Assembly: GCA_039028615.1 (NCBI GenBank)
Contig: JBCCHT010000014.1
Location: 128,001 to 192,000, forward strand
Reading direction: 5' to 3'
Length of the DNA: 64,000 nucleotides
Origin: Myxococcota bacterium
GTDB taxonomy: Bacteria > Myxococcota_A > Polyangia > Nannocystales > Nannocystaceae
Part shown: positions 60,201-64,000 of the stretch, piece by piece
How positions within the stretch are numbered: the stretch's first letter is position 1
How the letters are laid out: each line of letters starts with the position of its first letter
Made by a program: the position numbers and the translations under genes
Notes under the pieces: generated by a model
Told to the model about the DNA's origin: nothing
Database searches by the model: none
What the model saw: the letters and a program-made list of their open reading frames with translations, nothing else

Positions 60201-61209
60201 GGGCCCGTGGGAGGGCGGCATGGTCAACCCGGCCCTACGCAAGCGCTTCGCCGAGCTGGGCGTCCCGATGATCCCGCTGGACGTCGGGGCCCGCATGCTG
60301 GCCGACGAGCTGCGAGCCCCGCACGCCGAGTCGGTAGAGCTGGTGCTGGGCGGTGAGCCCCGAGCCGAGGCTCTTTTGGTCAAGGGCAGCGAAGATCGAC
60401 GGCTCGAGCTGGAGGTCCACGTCGGCCAAGGCACGCATGGCTATCTCGCCGACCACTCCATCGGTGGTGCCGCGGTCGTCCCCGTCGTGCTCGCCATGGA
60501 GTGGATGACCCGCCTCGCCCGCGCCTTCCGGCCCGACCTCGAGCTGCGCTCCATCGACAAGCTTCGGGTGCTGCGGGGCATCAAGCTGTCCGGCTTCGAC
60601 GGCGGCGGCGACCGCTTCACCTTGCGCGCCCGCACGCTCCGCAACGGCCACGGGGCGATCCTCGAGCTCGAGGTCCTCGGCTCGGATGGAACGCCGCACT
60701 ACCGCTCCGAGGCCACGATGGCCGCCAAGGAGGACCCGGCGCCGCCCTCGTCGTCGCCCTCTTCGCCCCGGCTCGAAGCGTGGAGCGGCAGCTCCATCTA
60801 CGGCGACGTGCTCTTCCACGGCGACAAGTTCCAGGTCATCGAGTCGCTCGAGGGCGTGGGCGCTGATGGCATCGCCGGCACGCTCAAGGGCGTGGACCGA
60901 GCGGGCTGGACCTGGGAGAGCTGGCAGACCGACGCCGCCGCGCACGACGGTGGCCTCCAGCTCGCCGTGCTGTGGGCACGTCACCAGCTGGGCCGCGCCA
61001 TGCTGCCCATGGGAATCGAAGCGCTGAAGCTCTCGGGCCAACCGGTGGTCGAAGGGCCCCTGCGCTGCTTTGCCCGATGCCGCGAAACCGACGCGTCGCG
61101 AGTGACGGCCGACCTGGCCTTCGTCGACGCCGAGGGCCGCGTGATCAGTGAGCTGCGGGGGGCCGAGCTGGTCGCCCGTCCCGACATGCCGTCGATCGCC
61201 CGGGGCTGA
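54286..61209 (+). CDS. pfaA: PUFA synthase KS-MAT-4xACP-KR-DH (PfaA / Pfa2)
   Basis: DAACAS, EAHGTGT, GHTKAAAG; GHSFGE and AFHS; four LGIDSIKRVE ACPs; SGGARGVT KR; DH-like YLADH. Confidence 0.95.
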   Translation: MTDSKRPPLAIVGASALFPGSPDATGFWHDILRGQDLLTEIPKSHWLIEDYYDPDPKARDKTYARRGGFIDPVDFDAVTWGVPPAIIKATDTSQLLGLIVAEQVLRDAARERFETIDRSRMSVILGVTSAQELLAAMVSRLQRPVWVKSLREQGLPEDEVQAACDRIADHYVEWEESSFPGLLGNVVAGRIANRLDLGGTNCVTDAACASTFSALSMAAQELYLGDSDLVITGGVDTLNEIFMFMCFSKTPALSLSGDCRPFSDQADGTMLGEGLGMVALRRLEDAERDGDRIYAVIRGIGASSDGRSKSVYAPVSAGQAKALSRAYEHAGYEPSTVELVEAHGTGTKAGDAAELGGLRLVFDTEGTDRRQWCGLGSVKSQIGHTKAAAGAAGLFKAVMALHHKVLPPTIKVDTPNPKLSLEDSAFYVNTQARPWVRSSDHPRRASVSAFGFGGSNFHITLEEYDGPAPRAERLRTWPSELVVLCGDDVVAQARQWAERADETELLPFAAWTTQRSYDATAKRRLAVVASTGDELRTRLLAAAKRIEAAPDDGFELPDGTRYGVGEVSGGVALLFPGQGSQYVGMGADLAMGLDRARAAWDRVAEHPMDGARLDHQVFPIPRFNDADREADTQRLRATQWAQPAIGCTSASMLAVVKSLGIEAQAVAGHSFGEITALHAAGALDADALVAVARRRGELMADAKEPGAMVAVSAPVDDVRPILQAHPDVVLANHNAPRQAVLSGPVDAIERAEAAIKAAGLRATQLPVSSAFHSPVVAGCVAPFGEFLAGIEFERPGLPVYSAESAAPYEPDAAAIRARLGRQIAEPVRFVDTIEAMAASGAHTFIEVGPGSVLSGLVGRILKGRPHAAVSIDRKGRNGLESLNLALAQLVALGVPMQLAPLWDGHREPLDPASRPKPKLAIPLTGTNYGKLYPPPGGAADLPAPNPPRAAMSREANRPSNPAPSSTPTIVPAETPTPAAAPPAAALPAPTPMVAAPVAPASAPFVAAPAPAAPLVTPAAQAPAGWLAAWQQAQEQTAQTHALFQQTMAQSHAAFLRTAEASLMGLAAMAGAPATAGMNASVAVQPAVPAPAPMPAAAPPAWAPAPAAPAPMAAPPAMPVAPPSPVAAAPAPTPVAPAPAVQAAPPVAAAAKPAIDLEAVMLEVVSDKTGYPQDMLELSMDMEAQLGIDSIKRVEILAAVQERAPGMPEVDASHMSSLTTLGQIVDYMRDLMGEAAPAAAPASSAAPASPSVDLERLMLEVVADKTGYPQDMLELSMDMEAQLGIDSIKRVEILAAVQERAPGMPEVDASHMSSLTTLGQIVDYMRGLLGAAAPAAAPTNAPAASPAVDLERLMLEVVADKTGYPQDMLELSMDMEAQLGIDSIKRVEILAAVQEQAPGMPEVDASHMSSLTTLGQIVDYMRGLLGSTAQAAAPADVAAAAPAVDLEALMLEVVADKTGYPQDMLELSMDMEAQLGIDSIKRVEILAAVQERAPGMPEVDASHMSSLATLGQIVDYMRGLLGGAPQPIPTAGTAPSEGSSPDIEGPPLGRFALELRDAPAVGLAQPGLFGDDGVVVSSDGGPVAAALVAELTRRGVPAREAEVTDTTTAAIFLGGLRAVQTADDAVAVQREAFTTARTLAPRLSTTGGLWVTVQDTGGGFGLEPCPPVRAYLGGIPALVKTARQEWPHASLKSIDIDVGGRSAEQIANALADELLGGGGEIEVALSTDGTRRTLRSFAAEVEPAASVVGPQDVIVVSGGARGVTSACVREWAADSGARFVLLGRTPLTDEPAGLQGDEDDAALKRVLLQQARDRGERPSPVELSRQTSAILSGREIRATLSALQGIGVKARYEAVDVTNADALASTLAEVRTQWGPITGLVHGAGVLADKPIAALDDASFNRVFDTKVTGLRALLHATRDDSLKVLAMFSSVSARCGNNGQSAYAMANEVLNKVAQAEARARGPQVRVRSLGWGPWEGGMVNPALRKRFAELGVPMIPLDVGARMLADELRAPHAESVELVLGGEPRAEALLVKGSEDRRLELEVHVGQGTHGYLADHSIGGAAVVPVVLAMEWMTRLARAFRPDLELRSIDKLRVLRGIKLSGFDGGGDRFTLRARTLRNGHGAILELEVLGSDGTPHYRSEATMAAKEDPAPPSSSPSSPRLEAWSGSSIYGDVLFHGDKFQVIESLEGVGADGIAGTLKGVDRAGWTWESWQTDAAAHDGGLQLAVLWARHQLGRAMLPMGIEALKLSGQPVVEGPLRCFARCRETDASRVTADLAFVDAEGRVISELRGAELVARPDMPSIARG
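57745..58848 (+). repeat. Four near-identical ACP-coding repeats (~290-bp period)
   Basis: Repeated GACAAGACCGGCTA.CC.CAGGACATGCTCGAGCTGTCCATGGACATGGA...CAGATCGTCGACTACATGCG. Confidence 0.9.
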
Positions 61210-61213
61210 GCCC

Positions 61214-64000
61214 ATGACCATGCCGCCCATCGCGATCGTGGGCCGGGCCTGCGTGGTGCCCGGTGCTCTGAGTCCGCAACAACTGTGGGACGCGGTCCGT
61301 GAACGCCGCTACCACGTGAGCGCGGCCGACCCGGGCGCATGGCGAACCGGGGCCGACGACGTCGTGCGGGGCCCCGGGCAAGACCCGACCAACGGCACGT
61401 GGCACGACCGCGGGGGCTATGTCCGCGGCTTCGATCGAGTGTGGGACCCCGAGGGTTTCGGGGTCCCGGCGGCCTCGCTCGCGGGGCTCGATCCGTTGTT
61501 CACCTGGGTCCTGCACTGCGCCCGGCAAGCGCTGCGTGACGCGGGAGACGACCGCACGGGGGCCATCGCCCGCCCCCGCGTTCGCGCCGTACTCGGCAAC
61601 CTCGGCTTCCCCACTGCGGGGATGAACCGCTACGCCGAGTCCGTGTGGTCGCCCCAGCCCGGGGAGACCGCGCCCGATCCTCGCAACCGCTTCATGTCGA
61701 GAGGCCCGGCGGCGCTGCTCGAGCAGGCCCTGGGCCTGGCCCCGGGTGCGTTCTGCCTCGATGGCGCCTGCGCCAGCTCGCTCTACGCCATCGCCATGGG
61801 CTGCGCCCAGCTCAACGACGGCGACGCGGACCTCGTGCTCGCGGGCGCCGTCAATCGTGCCGACGACCTGTTCCTGCACGTGGGCTTCTGCGCCCTCAAG
61901 GCCCTCAGCCCCAGCGGCCACAGCCGCCCCTTCGACGCCGACGCCGATGGCCTGATCCCGGGCGAAGGCGCGGGCGTGGTGGCGCTCAAGCGGCTGGCCG
62001 ATGCGCGGCGAGACGGCGACACGATCCACGGCATCATCCGTGGCGTCGGCCTGTCCAACGACGGCCGCGGTCGAGGCTTCCTCGCCCCCTCCGAAGAAGG
62101 CCAGCGTCGGGCGCTCGAGGCCGCCTATCGCAACGCGGGGGTCGACCCGTCCGAGGTCTCCCTGCTCGAGTGCCATGCCACCGGCACCGTGCTCGGCGAC
62201 GCCACCGAGCTTCGCAGCACGGGCACCGTATTCGAGGACTGCGAAGGCGTCCCCATCGGCTCGCTCAAGTCCAACCTCGGACACCTCATCACCGCCGCGG
62301 GCGTAGCCGGGCTCATCAAGGTGCTCGAGGCCATGCGCCACCGCCAGCGACCGGCGACGGTGCAGGTGCGCACGCCCAACCCCGCGCTCGACACGGGGCC
62401 CTTTCGGCTGCTCACCGAGCAAGAAGACTGGCCGGCGTCGTCCCCTCGCCTCGCGGGCGTCTCCGCGTTCGGCTTCGGAGGCAACAACGCACACCTGGTC
62501 GTCAGCGAGGACGACCCGACCCTCGACGCGCCGACCGAGGTTCGTCCGCCCGCAGCCGCACCGCTGGCCATCGTGGGCGTGGGCGCGGTGGTGGGCTCGG
62601 TCTCGAATGCCGAAGACTTCGCCGCCGCGATCGTCAGTCGCCGCTCGCTGCTGCAACCCGGGGACGAAGGAAAACCCGCGGGGGCTCGCATCGACGAGCT
62701 CGCGCTCGGCCTCGAGGGCCTGTGTTTTCCGCCCCGGGACCTGCAGCGCACGCTCGCGCAGCAGCTCGCCGTGCTGCAGGCAGCGCGCGAAGCCACGGCC
62801 GACGCACCCGAGCTACCGCGCGACCGCACCGGGGTCTACGTGGCGATGGAGGCCGATCCCGAGGTCTGCCGCTATGGGCTGCGCTGGCGCCTGCGAGAGC
62901 GCCTGCGCCAAGCGGGGGCCACATCGCCCGAGTCGGCATCGGGCCTGAGTTCGCTCGAGGAGACCATCGCCCCTCCGCTGGGGGCCGAGGAAGTCGTGGG
63001 CACCATGCCCAACATCCCCGCCAACCGTCTCAATCGGCAGCTCGACCTCGGCGGGCCCAGCTTCACCGTGTCCGCGGGCGAAGCGTCGGGACGGGTCGCG
63101 CTCGAGTTGGCGGCGCGAGCCCTGCGAACGGGGCAGCTCGATGCCGCGGTGGTCGGTGCGGCCGACCTCTCGTGTCAGGCCGTGCACTTGGCCGCGCTTT
63201 CGGCCCGGGGTGATGCATCGCCGCCGCCCGGAGATGCGGCCACCGTGGTCGTGCTGCGCCGACTCACCGATGCGGTGCGCGAAGGCGAAGCAGTCCTCGC
63301 CGTGCTCGAGACCGAGGCAGACGCCCCATCCCCCGCCCAGGAATCGATCGACGCGCTCGGATTGCGATCGACGATGGGGCACTGCTGGGCCGCGGGCGAC
63401 CTCCGCGACGTCACAGCGGCCGCCCTGCTCGCCCGCGACCAACCGGGTACGACGACCCAGATTCCCGCTCGCCCCGGAGGTCACGCGGTGCGGGTGCGAA
63501 GTGCCGGGCCGCAGCTGTTCCGGTTCGCGGGAGCCGATCGCTCGGCGCTGGAACGACGACTCCAAACGGGTGAGCCGGGCGGTGAAGGTCCGTGTCGAGC
63601 GGCGATCATCGCGTCCACGCCCGCCCAGCTCGAGCAACGCCGTGCCCAGGCCGGAGCCCATCTGTCCAAGGGCACCGCCGTGGGGCCCGGCGTGTTCGTA
63701 CGGTCGCGTCCCATGGACGGCAGCCTGGCGCTCGTCTTCTCCGGTGCAGGTGCGGCGTACCCCGGCATGGGCACCCCCCTGCAACGAGCCCTGCCCGAGC
63801 TCGACCAGGCGCTGCGAAGCCGCAGCCCGGTGCTCGCTCGCCACTTCGATGCCCCCTGGGACGACGACGGCCACGCGCCCCCCTTGCAGCGCCTGTGGAG
63901 TTCGTCCTACCTGACCCAGCTGCACGCCGAGCTCACTCGTTCGTGGCTCGAGCTCGAGGCCGACGCGGTCATCGGCTACTCCTCCGGTGAGAGCAACTCG
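61214..64000 (+). CDS. PUFA synthase KS-CLF-AT subunit (PfaBC / Pfa3), partial at window end
   Basis: Not in ORF track because it runs off the window. MTMPPIAIVGRAC..., DGACASSLY, CHATGT, KSNLGHLITAAG, CLF-like MPNIPANR, AT FSGAGAAYPGMG and GYSSGE, all in one frame. Confidence 0.9.
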   Translation, partial: MTMPPIAIVGRACVVPGALSPQQLWDAVRERRYHVSAADPGAWRTGADDVVRGPGQDPTNGTWHDRGGYVRGFDRVWDPEGFGVPAASLAGLDPLFTWVLHCARQALRDAGDDRTGAIARPRVRAVLGNLGFPTAGMNRYAESVWSPQPGETAPDPRNRFMSRGPAALLEQALGLAPGAFCLDGACASSLYAIAMGCAQLNDGDADLVLAGAVNRADDLFLHVGFCALKALSPSGHSRPFDADADGLIPGEGAGVVALKRLADARRDGDTIHGIIRGVGLSNDGRGRGFLAPSEEGQRRALEAAYRNAGVDPSEVSLLECHATGTVLGDATELRSTGTVFEDCEGVPIGSLKSNLGHLITAAGVAGLIKVLEAMRHRQRPATVQVRTPNPALDTGPFRLLTEQEDWPASSPRLAGVSAFGFGGNNAHLVVSEDDPTLDAPTEVRPPAAAPLAIVGVGAVVGSVSNAEDFAAAIVSRRSLLQPGDEGKPAGARIDELALGLEGLCFPPRDLQRTLAQQLAVLQAAREATADAPELPRDRTGVYVAMEADPEVCRYGLRWRLRERLRQAGATSPESASGLSSLEETIAPPLGAEEVVGTMPNIPANRLNRQLDLGGPSFTVSAGEASGRVALELAARALRTGQLDAAVVGAADLSCQAVHLAALSARGDASPPPGDAATVVVLRRLTDAVREGEAVLAVLETEADAPSPAQESIDALGLRSTMGHCWAAGDLRDVTAAALLARDQPGTTTQIPARPGGHAVRVRSAGPQLFRFAGADRSALERRLQTGEPGGEGPCRAAIIASTPAQLEQRRAQAGAHLSKGTAVGPGVFVRSRPMDGSLALVFSGAGAAYPGMGTPLQRALPELDQALRSRSPVLARHFDAPWDDDGHAPPLQRLWSSSYLTQLHAELTRSWLELEADAVIGYSSGESNS

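Overview
GC-rich bacterial DNA, almost certainly myxobacterial and most like the Nannocystaceae (Plesiocystis/Enhygromyxa group). Evidence: a MYXO-CTERM protein, a Ser/Thr kinase-TPR gene, an FHA-sigma54 activator, many Cys-rich lipoproteins and a pfa1-pfa2-pfa3 PUFA synthase. About 45 CDSs. Housekeeping genes include trpF-trpB-trpA, a class IV aminotransferase, a GT2 mannosyltransferase, DUF721/DciA, MYG1 and a GldA/F/G-DUF4340 ABC operon. No rRNA, tRNA, CRISPR array or transposase was recognised. Most notable: (1) a class II lanthipeptide cluster (52203->45385) whose precursor has two tandem nitrile-hydratase-like (NHLP) leader domains, with an unassigned 365-aa tailoring enzyme, a CCG-type LanM and a peptidase-less ABC exporter, transcribed divergently from the PUFA synthase; (2) an uncharacterised ~816-aa protein tightly coupled to a signal-less protein with a C-terminal MepA-like peptidoglycan peptidase; (3) a kinase gene broken by one in-frame TAA, next to an FHA-sigma54 activator and a sigma54 promoter with tandem upstream palindromes; (4) a shared 'lipobox-C-D-acidic-[F/Y]R' leader on three unrelated lipoproteins. 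All family calls come from motif recognition by eye; no database searches were run.
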